A stretch of DNA of 32,000 nt from the NCBI GenBank assembly GCA_048938295.1, contig JBHLMI010000001.1, positions 89,449-121,448 on the forward strand, written 5' to 3'. The DNA is from Promethearchaeota archaeon. GTDB lineage: Archaea; Asgardarchaeota; Hermodarchaeia; Hermodarchaeales; Hermodarchaeaceae. The notes below the pieces were generated by a model. The model was not told the origin of the DNA and ran no database searches. It saw nothing but the letters and a program-made list of their open reading frames with translations. A program made the position numbers and the translations under genes. Each line of letters opens with the position of its first letter. The first letter of the stretch is position 1. This document shows, in pieces, positions 16,277 through 24,587 of this stretch.

Positions 16277-18790
16277 ATGACATTGGACCAAGTTCGTACA
16301 TCAATATTAAAACGGCAATATGACCAAGCCCTTCAACTAATCTCAAACCTTCCAGAAAACGAAAAGATCAAAGGGCAAACCTACAAAGGCATTATCCTCT
16401 CGAAACAAAACGACTTCACCTCTGCGCTAGCTACAATTGATGAAATCCTAACTCGTGAAGGTTTGTCTGCAGCACAAGAATTTGTAGCTAGAGTTGGTAA
16501 GATTCTGATACTTTTGCGGATGAAAAATTATCCTGCTGCCCATAGTGAAGTCGATCAAAGCGAAAAACTTCTGAGTCAGTTGACGAAGACTCAACGGACA
16601 GACGTAACGCGTTGGAAAGGCCATCTGTTTTCAGCAAAGGCGACCTTTGAAATTATTGAAGGGAATCAAGACAAAGCCATTGACTGCTATGTGCGAAGCG
16701 CCTCGCTATTCGAAGAAGTGGATGATAAATACGACCACCTTATGCAAGTGATAAACATTAGCTGGCTGTATCGTGCTCAGGGCCTGCTGGATAAGTCGCT
16801 TGAATATTCGAGCCAACAATTCGAAATAAGTAAGGAACTTGGTGAGAAACGGTATATAGGATGGTCGAACTTCAACATCGCCATGATCTATTTCTACAAA
16901 GGGATACTCGATCAGGCTGCTCATTACGCCGCAAAAGCTGAACAAATCTTCGAAGAGTTAGGCCACCAGGAAGGACTCTCGTTTAGCCACGCAACAATTG
17001 CCTCAGTATATCGAAGCAAAGGCGAGTTCGAAAAAGCCCTCTTCTATTATAATAGAGTCCTGTTAAGTTATGAAGAAATTGCGAAGACAACCCAGCCTCT
17101 CCCGCACTGCTATTGCCTATCTCTCCGAGATATTGGATCCATCTATTTGTACCAAGACAGGCTGGACGAGGCGATTAACATCCTTCAGAAGGCGTTGACC
17201 ATCCATAAGAGCCGGTGCAAGATGCGGAACACGGTCATGGATTATGAAATCATGATCTCCAATTTGTACAGCATCTATGCACAAATTGAGAAAGGAGACA
17301 CAGATCAGGTAGAAAGAAACCTTAGCGATATCAGACAAACGGCACAGCAGTATCCGTGGTTAGATGTTGCAGCCAAAGCAGCCGAGGCATTCATCTTGCA
17401 AAATCAACCTCGGGGAAAAGACAAAGCTAGAGCTCAAGCACTGTATGAAGAAATCCTTGATGCAAAATTTGATTATGAATTGGAATTGCTCATTCAGGTC
17501 AATCTCAGCGATTTACTCCTAGACGAATTACGAATGTATGGCGAACCTGCTGTGCTAGAAGAACTCCAGACGGTAATGCGACGCATTTCAGAGACCGCCA
17601 ACAAGCAACGATCCATCACATCACTCATTTTCCTCTATCTCCTGCAGGCGAGACTAGCAGTCATCGATGGCGATGCCGACCGAGCAAAGGAGTTTCTTGC
17701 TCGCGCAGATATAATTGCCAAGGAAAAAGGATTAGTCCACTTCACTAAGAAGATCCAGAAAGCCAACCAACAGCTTAACGACCAGCTAAAAGAGTGGAAG
17801 ACCCTCTTTGTCCAGAATTCATCAATTCAAGAGCAGATTGAACTTCTAAACCTAAAGGAGTTTATCACCGAAGCCGTGACCTCTGCGTTGGAAAAACGCT
17901 TCGAGACAGCCAAGAAGTTCCTCCTCGTCTACGAAGACTTTCTCAAACCAAAGAACAAGATACCAGTTGAAACTTGTCGCGTTGGTATCGCTCAAATCGG
18001 AATAAGTCAAAGTGGTAACCTATTGGAAGAAATCTACGAGCAAAAGGCTCCAGGAATTTTTGGGATCAAAAAGCAACGTGTCGAAACAGTGAAAAAATGC
18101 GTAATAAAGCTCGTTGAAGAGGCCGTGGCGAAGGGCGTCAATATCTTGCTCTTCCCTGAACTGAGTATTGATTTAAACTATCAAACACTTCAGCAAACAC
18201 TGCAGGACCTAGTTTCGCAGCACAACATGTACATCATCCCGGGCTCTTACCACGACCCTAAATTGGCACGGAATGTCAGCCTTGTGTTGAGTCCACAAGG
18301 AATTCTATGGGAACAAGAGAAACACATACCTGCTACCATCCATTTTGAGGGAAACAAAATCGAAGAAGGAATCAACGTCGATACCCTGCCACACCAGATT
18401 ACCATTGCCGATACCGAGTACGGTCGCATCGCTATTGTTATTTGCCGTGATTTCCTCGATCTGGATCTACGCGTAGAATTGAAGAACAGTGAACCACCCA
18501 TTGACATCATCCTCAATCCTGCCTTCACTCCCGTTACCGCCGATTTCCAGGCGGCCCACTTCGATGCGCGACGTTCTATATACGCCTACTGTTTCTTTGC
18601 CAATATCGCTGAATTTGGCAACTCTTTCATTTACACGCCTGAACGGGAACGCACCGAGTATGAAATCCCAGCAAAACATGAAGGTCTCACCTACAAGGAT
18701 ATTGACCTATTCAAGCTAAGAGCTGAACGCCGTCGCTGGGAACAGAAACAAGCAAAGACACGACCATTCATTCAAAGTACGAGAAGCTAG
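16277..18790 (+). CDS. TPR-repeat protein fused to a C-terminal carbon-nitrogen hydrolase (nitrilase-fold) domain
   Basis: About 550 aa of TPR-like helices, then RVGIAQI, LLFPELS (Glu), QEKHIP (Lys), VICRDFL (Cys); ATG at 16277 preferred over TTG at 16265. Confidence 0.85.
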   Translation: MTLDQVRTSILKRQYDQALQLISNLPENEKIKGQTYKGIILSKQNDFTSALATIDEILTREGLSAAQEFVARVGKILILLRMKNYPAAHSEVDQSEKLLSQLTKTQRTDVTRWKGHLFSAKATFEIIEGNQDKAIDCYVRSASLFEEVDDKYDHLMQVINISWLYRAQGLLDKSLEYSSQQFEISKELGEKRYIGWSNFNIAMIYFYKGILDQAAHYAAKAEQIFEELGHQEGLSFSHATIASVYRSKGEFEKALFYYNRVLLSYEEIAKTTQPLPHCYCLSLRDIGSIYLYQDRLDEAINILQKALTIHKSRCKMRNTVMDYEIMISNLYSIYAQIEKGDTDQVERNLSDIRQTAQQYPWLDVAAKAAEAFILQNQPRGKDKARAQALYEEILDAKFDYELELLIQVNLSDLLLDELRMYGEPAVLEELQTVMRRISETANKQRSITSLIFLYLLQARLAVIDGDADRAKEFLARADIIAKEKGLVHFTKKIQKANQQLNDQLKEWKTLFVQNSSIQEQIELLNLKEFITEAVTSALEKRFETAKKFLLVYEDFLKPKNKIPVETCRVGIAQIGISQSGNLLEEIYEQKAPGIFGIKKQRVETVKKCVIKLVEEAVAKGVNILLFPELSIDLNYQTLQQTLQDLVSQHNMYIIPGSYHDPKLARNVSLVLSPQGILWEQEKHIPATIHFEGNKIEEGINVDTLPHQITIADTEYGRIAIVICRDFLDLDLRVELKNSEPPIDIILNPAFTPVTADFQAAHFDARRSIYAYCFFANIAEFGNSFIYTPERERTEYEIPAKHEGLTYKDIDLFKLRAERRRWEQKQAKTRPFIQSTRS

Positions 18791-18805
18791 TGTGTATCCG
18801 AATTT

Positions 18806-18900
18806 GCCATCTTCGCCCGTTCCCGCTCTTCCCAACTCCTCTCCTAGAACCACATCCATGATCTACTCCTCTTATCTAATCAGGTTTGAAAAGGATAATC
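18806..18900 (-). repeat. Copy 4 (most decayed) of the hydrogenase-gene 3' end
   Basis: Minus strand reads att atc ctt ttc aaa cct gat...gag gag tag a tca tgg atg tgg ttc tag gag agg agt tgg gaa gag cgg gaa cgg gcg aag, i.e. IILFKPD..EE*SWMWF*ERSWEERERAK, with stops and small indels. Confidence 0.7.
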
Positions 18901-18958
18901 TCAAACCGTAATCAAGAAAAGGCCAAATCTAGAATAGCAATTTCAAGGTGCATCAACT

Positions 18959-19369
18959 TTGACAAAGAAAAAAGGCTTCCTTCAACGCCGCTGGACTGAC
19001 TTCCGCACAGGACACAGTACCTACCTCGTCTATTTCCTCGCCTTCATGAACTTCAGCATCCTCATGTACGAACTCGTCCTCGTCAACATCCCGGGAATGC
19101 AACTCCTCTTCCCCAACATCCTCTACTTCCTCCTCGTATTCCTCGCCATCTACATCCCCCTCGCCGCCATCATCGGCTGGCTCCACCGCCGCTACCAAAT
19201 GCCTGTCGACATCGCCCTATCCATGAAACAAAACCCCTACTGGCGCGACATCACCAAATCCCTCGCTGAGTTCGAAAAAGGCATGCTCCTCATCGCCCAA
19301 GCCAAAAACAACGAAGCCATCACAATCCTCCAAAACGCCATCAAACGCCTCGAAATGGACTTCGCCTAA
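18959..19369 (+). CDS. Uncharacterised archaeal-type two-TM membrane protein
   Basis: 136 aa with TTG start; RRWTDFRTGHSTYL, two hydrophobic helices, IGWLHRRYQ...QNP; third codon positions almost all C or A. Confidence 0.75.
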   Translation: MTKKKGFLQRRWTDFRTGHSTYLVYFLAFMNFSILMYELVLVNIPGMQLLFPNILYFLLVFLAIYIPLAAIIGWLHRRYQMPVDIALSMKQNPYWRDITKSLAEFEKGMLLIAQAKNNEAITILQNAIKRLEMDFA

Positions 19370-19452
19370 CCACAAGATAAAGACTAATAGAAAACCGCCT
19401 CATCTACAACCAACGTGAACCAAGTTAAAGAAGACAAAACCAAACCAGACAA

Positions 19453-19570
19453 TTAACAACGCCACGCCTTGACGCGTTCTCGTTCTTCTCTTGGAACCAC
19501 GTCCACGGCTTCTCTTCTTTCGACCCATCAGGGGATGTGTGAATGATCCTGTCAGTGCAGGAGATGCAGG
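19453..19570 (-). repeat. Copy 3 of the hydrogenase-gene 3' end (includes part of the L2 motif; about 10-nt internal deletion)
   Basis: Minus strand gives CISCTDRIIHTSPDGSKEEKPWTWFQE, a frameshift, then ERERVKAWRC and stop. Confidence 0.92.
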
Positions 19571-19689
19571 TAACTCGAACAAATTGCTCTCTGGTGCCTT
19601 GAGAAGTGTGACGATTAAGACTGGAAAAGTCCTGTGCTAATCGAAGGTTCTTTCACAAGTCATAAAAACTCAGAAAATAACCATAATCG

Positions 19690-20163
19690 ATGGTGAACGA
19701 AATGGTAAAGGTTATTGTCGTTTATGATACAAAGTATGGCAACACAAAGCTTGTAGCCCAAAAAATCGTGGAGGGAATAAACGAAATCGAGGGAATAGAG
19801 ACCACCATCAGTGATGTCAAAGACACCGATCCCAAAAAGGTAGCCAATTATGATGCAATATTGATCGGGTCACCAACACATTTTGGGGGACCCGCTAGGA
19901 GCATAAATACGCTTATTGATAAACTAGGCAAACTCGACTTGAGAACGAAATGGGCTGCTGTGTTCGACACCTATCTGGGCGAAGACTTCGAAAAATCCGT
20001 AAAGAAAATGGAGGGACGAATACGCGAAAAGGCTCCCAAATTGAAGCTCATAACATCAGGCCTGTCAATACGGGTTGATGGAATGAAGGGACCAGTCACA
20101 GATGGAGAGCTCCCCAAATGCAAAGATTTCGGAAAGCAAATCGCAACCCAACTAAAGACCTGA
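19690..20163 (+). CDS. Flavodoxin-domain protein
   Basis: 157 aa; VYDTKYGNTK FMN loop, LIGSPTHFGG, AVFDTY; alternative start at 19702. Confidence 0.9.
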   Translation: MVNEMVKVIVVYDTKYGNTKLVAQKIVEGINEIEGIETTISDVKDTDPKKVANYDAILIGSPTHFGGPARSINTLIDKLGKLDLRTKWAAVFDTYLGEDFEKSVKKMEGRIREKAPKLKLITSGLSIRVDGMKGPVTDGELPKCKDFGKQIATQLKT

Positions 20164-20333
20164 CCAACTACCTTGGAAGAAATTGCTAGAACATAGTGCC
20201 TTATCTACTCTCTTACAAGCACTTTCTACCACATTCTGCCTTATCTAGCCTACATCAAATCACCTTGACAAAATCTACCACTAAACACCACTGTGTTTCC
20301 ATGCGATCTCCAATGTGAGACGGGGCAAACTAA

Positions 20334-20440
20334 CTACCATCGCCACGCCTTCGCCTGCTCACGTTCCTCATGACTCTTCGCTTGGAACCATGTCCACGGT
20401 TTCTCCTCTTTCGAACCATCAGGGTACGCAAGAATAATCC
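20334..20440 (-). repeat. Copy 2 of the hydrogenase-gene 3' end (intact frame)
   Basis: Minus strand gives IILAYPDGSKEEKPWTWFQAKSHEEREQAKAWRW and stop; 85/107 nt identical to 21999-22105 without gaps. Confidence 0.96.
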
Positions 20441-20457
20441 ACTCCAACAATTCAGGT

Positions 20458-21819
20458 TTACATTCTTCGCTGCCGTAAAATCCACACTAAAGCGAATATG
20501 ACTAATACCGCAACCACGGCGATCACAAACAATATGGCAGGAATTAGTTCTGGTGGGATACCCAGAAAGGGAAGGTTCGGATCAGGGGGTGGGATATCGG
20601 GAATCGAAAATAACCAAACACTGGAACAACATATCGTAACAATATCTGCACACACAACAAATACCCCAGGGCTTGACTCTATGATTCCAATGCCGAACGT
20701 CCCTTTAGGAAGATGATCAGGATACGTACAATTCCAGTCTTGGTTTCCAGTCGCATTTGTTCGAACCAACAAAATATCCCGGAAGTCTTCACCGATCCGC
20801 CAGGTACCACCAACCAGCATATATCCTCCATCTGAACACTGGACAGCATCAAATACGGTATCATGGAGTGGTCCTCCGAACGTTTGGTTCCAAAGCAATA
20901 CGCCGTTTGTATCAGTTCGGAGAAGATAGATATCGAAGGCAGCAGAATTTGATCCTTGACCAAAAGTTTCCCCGTACAAGATGAATCCGTTATCGGTTGT
21001 TCGTTTCAGACCCGAAAAAGTAAGACCAAGTGGTGCTCCTGGAAAGGTGAAGTTTTGTTCCCAAAGAAATCCTCCGGTCGAGTTGGTACGCGTCAAAGCA
21101 ATGTAATCTCCATTGTACGTCCCAGCCAGAGCAAAGCCTGCATCCTCGCATTGGACGAAATCCACAAAAGTACTCCCCGCTGAAGAATAGAACTGATGCC
21201 ACAGATAATTCCCTTCCGCATCTATCCGATGAAGGAAATAATCCGCTACTCTCCAACCAGTCATAGCAAATCCCCCATCTCCACATTCCATGACCGAACA
21301 ACCCCCCTGATTAATATTCCCCGATAGAAGGGGAAACATCTTCTTCCAACGAAGCATTCCATCAGGTTCCGTTCGAATAAGAAAATGTGTCATATCTCCA
21401 TGAATATTCGGAGTAGTGCCAATAATTGCAAATCCCCCATCCGCGCACTGGCACACGTCCTTCGGTGCGCCGCCTCCAAATAAATAATCGATTTTGTAAA
21501 CCTCTTCCCATAAAAGCATGCCCTGAGCATCAAAGCGACCCAGCCATATGGTCCCATCCGGATGACCCATAGTAAACGCCAGTACTGCATACCCGCCATC
21601 AGCGGTTTCAATTAACCGTTCAGGATACAACACAATACCCTGGTCATTATGCGCAATTATAGTAGACCAAACTGGCGGAGAGCCAGCCCGCGGAGCTGTT
21701 GATGCCTCTGCACTCGCAACGCTATTTCGAAGCTGGACACCCCCCAAGCCCGCAACCATCACCATGAGGGACACAACTACGACAATGCACGCTTCCCGAC
21801 ACCTCACTTGCGTACTCAA
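20458..21819 (-). CDS. Secreted beta-propeller-like repeat protein with C-terminal membrane anchor
   Basis: 453 aa; signal peptide, about 6-7 repeats of (E/Q)C.DGG(F/Y)...G......L.RTD..G...W, Pro-rich linker, TM helix and RQRR. Confidence 0.82.
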   Translation of the reverse strand: MSTQVRCREACIVVVVSLMVMVAGLGGVQLRNSVASAEASTAPRAGSPPVWSTIIAHNDQGIVLYPERLIETADGGYAVLAFTMGHPDGTIWLGRFDAQGMLLWEEVYKIDYLFGGGAPKDVCQCADGGFAIIGTTPNIHGDMTHFLIRTEPDGMLRWKKMFPLLSGNINQGGCSVMECGDGGFAMTGWRVADYFLHRIDAEGNYLWHQFYSSAGSTFVDFVQCEDAGFALAGTYNGDYIALTRTNSTGGFLWEQNFTFPGAPLGLTFSGLKRTTDNGFILYGETFGQGSNSAAFDIYLLRTDTNGVLLWNQTFGGPLHDTVFDAVQCSDGGYMLVGGTWRIGEDFRDILLVRTNATGNQDWNCTYPDHLPKGTFGIGIIESSPGVFVVCADIVTICCSSVWLFSIPDIPPPDPNLPFLGIPPELIPAILFVIAVVAVLVIFALVWILRQRRM

Positions 21820-21998
21820 TTCTCTCTGCCTCCCATCACACCCCTACTACTAATTTGGCGTTACAAAAATATTTGGAATGCGGTTCCTTAGGAAACCTCA
21901 ACTTCACAATGACCTCGGCCACTGTAATGTTGTACCACAACATAAGACGAAGCAATGAAAGGATAATGAAATCTAGCCCCAAATACTGGCTCAACTGT

Positions 21999-22127
21999 CT
22001 AACGACGCCAAGCTTTCACGCGGTCCCGCTCTTCACGGCTCTTTTGTTGGAACCATGCCCACGGCTTCTCCTCTTTCGAACCATCAGTGTATGCGAGAAT
22101 AATCCTATCAGTACATGAAAAGCAGGG
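21999..22127 (-). repeat. Copy 1 (current, in-gene) of the repeated 3' end
   Basis: Encodes PCFSCTDRIILAYTDGSKEEKPWAWFQQKSREERDRVKAWRR and stop. Confidence 0.96.
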
Positions 22128-23204
22128 ATCAATTGAGGCGAGGGCGATGGGGACGTCGGCGATTTTGCCGCCTTTGAGGAGTTCGATGACGCTGGGGATG
22201 TTGCCGAGGGTGGGGGCGCGGGCTTTGTGGCGTTCGGGTTTGTCGGTGCCGTTGCTGACGACGAAGTGGACGACTTCGCCGCGTGGGGCTTCGAAGGTGC
22301 TGAGGGCTTTGCCGGGTGGGACGCGTTTGGGGGCGCGGACGCTGATGTCGCCGGAGGGGAGGTGGGTGAGCCATTCGATGCAGCTGTTGCAGGCGTCGAC
22401 GGTTTCGAGCATGCGGACGACGACGCGGCCGGCGACATCGCACATATCGGAGGTGCGGATTTCCCAGTGTTTGCCTTCGCTTTCTTTGTAGGGGGTGCGT
22501 GGTTGGGTGTTACGGACGTCCCAGTGGATGTTGGAGGCACGGGCGGTAGGGCCGGTGGCGCAGAGGGCTTTCCCTGTCTCGGTTTCAAGGATACCGACGC
22601 CGAGAGCACGGTCTAGAATCGATTGTTCTTTGAGGATAAGCTTCAGGTAGTGGTTCACGCGGCCGCGGATCTTTTCTAGGCGCTCTACCATACCAGGGAC
22701 TTGGCTCTTCTCAACATCGTGGCGGACACCGCCGATGATGTTATTGGCATAGTTGACGCGGTTCCCACAAATTTCTTCGATGATATCTAGGCTGTATTCG
22801 CGATCCCTCCACGAGTAGTGGAATAAGGTATCCCAGCCGATTTCGTGTCCCGCTACACCGAGCCAGAGGATGTGGCTGTGAATCCGGTTCAGCTCATTCA
22901 TGATGCCCCGAATGTATAATCCCCGGCGGGGCACATCTAAGCCGAGTATTTCTTCAACAGCTTGAACGTAGCATGTGGTATGGGATTGGGAGCAGATACC
23001 GCAAATACGTTCCGCGAGGTAGACATTTTGGCTATACGTGCGGCTTTCAAATGCCTTTTCGATACCCCGGTGTACGTAACCAATACGGGCTGCGACGTCG
23101 ACGACGATTTCTCCGTCGACGGTGAGGGTGAAGTTTTCGGGCTCTTTGAGCGCCGGGTGTTGGGGACCGATGGGAATAGTCATGGTGGTGGGTGTCTTAG
23201 ACAT
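21999..23204 (-). CDS. Group 4 (energy-converting, complex I-like) [NiFe]-hydrogenase large subunit
   Basis: 401 aa; IPIGPQHPALKEP, GYVHRGIEK, L1 ERICGIC, ELNRIHSH, EAPRGE, L2 DPCFSCTDR and a 34-aa extension; all four Cys ligands present. Confidence 0.93.
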   Translation of the reverse strand: MSKTPTTMTIPIGPQHPALKEPENFTLTVDGEIVVDVAARIGYVHRGIEKAFESRTYSQNVYLAERICGICSQSHTTCYVQAVEEILGLDVPRRGLYIRGIMNELNRIHSHILWLGVAGHEIGWDTLFHYSWRDREYSLDIIEEICGNRVNYANNIIGGVRHDVEKSQVPGMVERLEKIRGRVNHYLKLILKEQSILDRALGVGILETETGKALCATGPTARASNIHWDVRNTQPRTPYKESEGKHWEIRTSDMCDVAGRVVVRMLETVDACNSCIEWLTHLPSGDISVRAPKRVPPGKALSTFEAPRGEVVHFVVSNGTDKPERHKARAPTLGNIPSVIELLKGGKIADVPIALASIDPCFSCTDRIILAYTDGSKEEKPWAWFQQKSREERDRVKAWRR

Positions 23205-23354
23205 AGTGAGTCAACTACCTGAAAGGATTCAGTGTAGTGTGTTCATGCCAGGTTCTTCCTTAAGAAATTAACCATCAAACTATGATACGGCAGGCTGTTT
23301 TTATAGTCTGGAGAAAAAAACGAACACAAGCGAACTGATTCAAAACGTAACAGC

Positions 23355-24182
23355 TTAGGTGCTTGGTTTTTTTGATAGACGTGTGTAGCCATAGATAATG
23401 ACCAAAGTGATGGCATAGATAGAGTACAGTATGATGATAGCTAGAAAGTACCATTGTAACTGAATGAGACCTAAGATTTCAACGAATAGGGCGAGTGAGA
23501 AGTTAAAGGACGCGTGGAAAATTATGGCGCCCAAGACGCTTCCATTGGTGTTGTTCACAATCCATGTGATAATGATGGATATGAACACCGTTAACAAGAT
23601 AAAACTTAGAAAATTAGGGATATCAAATTGCCCCTCCTCAAGTCCAATTAACAGATAAATGGGTAAATGCCAGAATCCCCAGAATACTCCAAGGATGAGG
23701 CTTGAACCTACTGCGCTAAACCGTGATTGCAGACGTGGTAATGCGAATCCCCGCCAGCCCAATTCTTCTCCAATGGCACCAATCACCACACTACCAATTA
23801 ACCATAACAAACCAACACTCCAGTCAAAGGGTATATGCGGTCCAGGGAGTGGATTACCCAGACCAATGGATAGCCCTATTGCTAGTAGGGCAATCGCGAA
23901 GGGCGAAAGAGCTGCAAAGTACCAACCAATTCCAATTCTCCATATCCCTAATTTTCCTACAAGTTTCTTAATTCCGTTCCGTTCTTTCAAGACTAATAAT
24001 ATCACGATGAACGCGGCAATACTTGGTGCCCAAGGAGGAAAAAGTTGGAGCACAAAAAGTGGTATTGCGGCCGAAATACCGATTGCCACGATGAAAAGTA
24101 CAAAGGCTAGAATAAAGAACCACAAGACAACAGATCCGCTCGAGGATATCTGTGTTTTAGAGTCGGTCGTTTCAAGTGTCAT
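23355..24182 (-). CDS. CPBP (CAAX/Abi)-family intramembrane metalloprotease
   Basis: 275 aa polytopic; GEELGWRG, FWGFWHLP, IIFHASFN. Confidence 0.92.
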   Translation of the reverse strand: MTLETTDSKTQISSSGSVVLWFFILAFVLFIVAIGISAAIPLFVLQLFPPWAPSIAAFIVILLVLKERNGIKKLVGKLGIWRIGIGWYFAALSPFAIALLAIGLSIGLGNPLPGPHIPFDWSVGLLWLIGSVVIGAIGEELGWRGFALPRLQSRFSAVGSSLILGVFWGFWHLPIYLLIGLEEGQFDIPNFLSFILLTVFISIIITWIVNNTNGSVLGAIIFHASFNFSLALFVEILGLIQLQWYFLAIIILYSIYAITLVIIYGYTRLSKKPST

Positions 24183-24587
24183 AATATTTCAAGACAAAAC
24201 AATTGAAAGATATACAAATACCTTCATAAACCGGTTAGTTCAAATTTTTCTATAACAAATTCATTTTTTTTAGTTTCAAGATTGTAACCTGAGTGTTGAT
24301 CTAAGAATTTACGAAACGATTTCTTGTTTGACCTTTTATGACCAAGGAAATTTGGGTTTGACCAATGATTTCCTTAAGAGATTTTGGTTTTATCAATGAT
24401 TCACAGCGTTAACCTAGCGGATAACTGGGTGTGAAAGGTTAGCTTCTGCCTTAATGGCCATGGTAATGAGTGTTGTAGATCTTGGGAAGGGTTAAAGATG
24501 AAGATCGCCTAATCGCGAAGTCGGATGCTTCAAGGGTCTTAAATATGAGGTATACTCACCATTCTCTACTTATGGAGCGTTTGTCGT

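Larger units (their letters stand above)
18806..21998. mobile_element. Putative array of three single-gene cassettes bounded by displaced hydrogenase 3'-end copies
   Basis: Four co-oriented copies of the gene end with about 1558, 763 and 552 bp between them, each interval holding one ORF; no recombinase in the window, so mobility is inferred. Confidence 0.5.

Noticed and set aside
19400-19582. 60-aa ORF (MFELPASP...RKKRSRGRGSKRR) in the ORF track
   Set aside because: It is an alternative-frame reading of repeat copy 3; the same frame appears in the shadow ORF over the hydrogenase end.
20191-20247. Two copies of acat..tgccttatcta spaced 40 bp apart after the flavodoxin gene
   Set aside because: Only two short copies, not found at the other cassette boundaries.
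18806-22127. Repeats interpreted as a CRISPR array or integron attC sites
   Set aside because: The units are ~100-130 nt, divergent, protein-coding in origin and not palindromic, and they are spaced by whole genes. No cas or integron-integrase gene is present.
22016-22616. Several long overlapping ORFs (197, 134, 104 and 129 aa) within the hydrogenase gene
   Set aside because: Low-complexity shadows caused by the GC-rich, C-ending codon stretch, which suppresses stop codons.
24326-24405. Degenerate ~30-bp tandem units and a bulged hairpin (24344-24375) between the CPBP and Lon genes
   Set aside because: Low identity and only about 2.5 units; cannot be told apart from AT-rich background.
10453-24546. 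CAAGGGT next to TATA-like sequences near 10453, 10610 and 24531
   Set aside because: Could be a BRE-like element, but orientation and spacing to start codons are inconsistent and three instances are too few.
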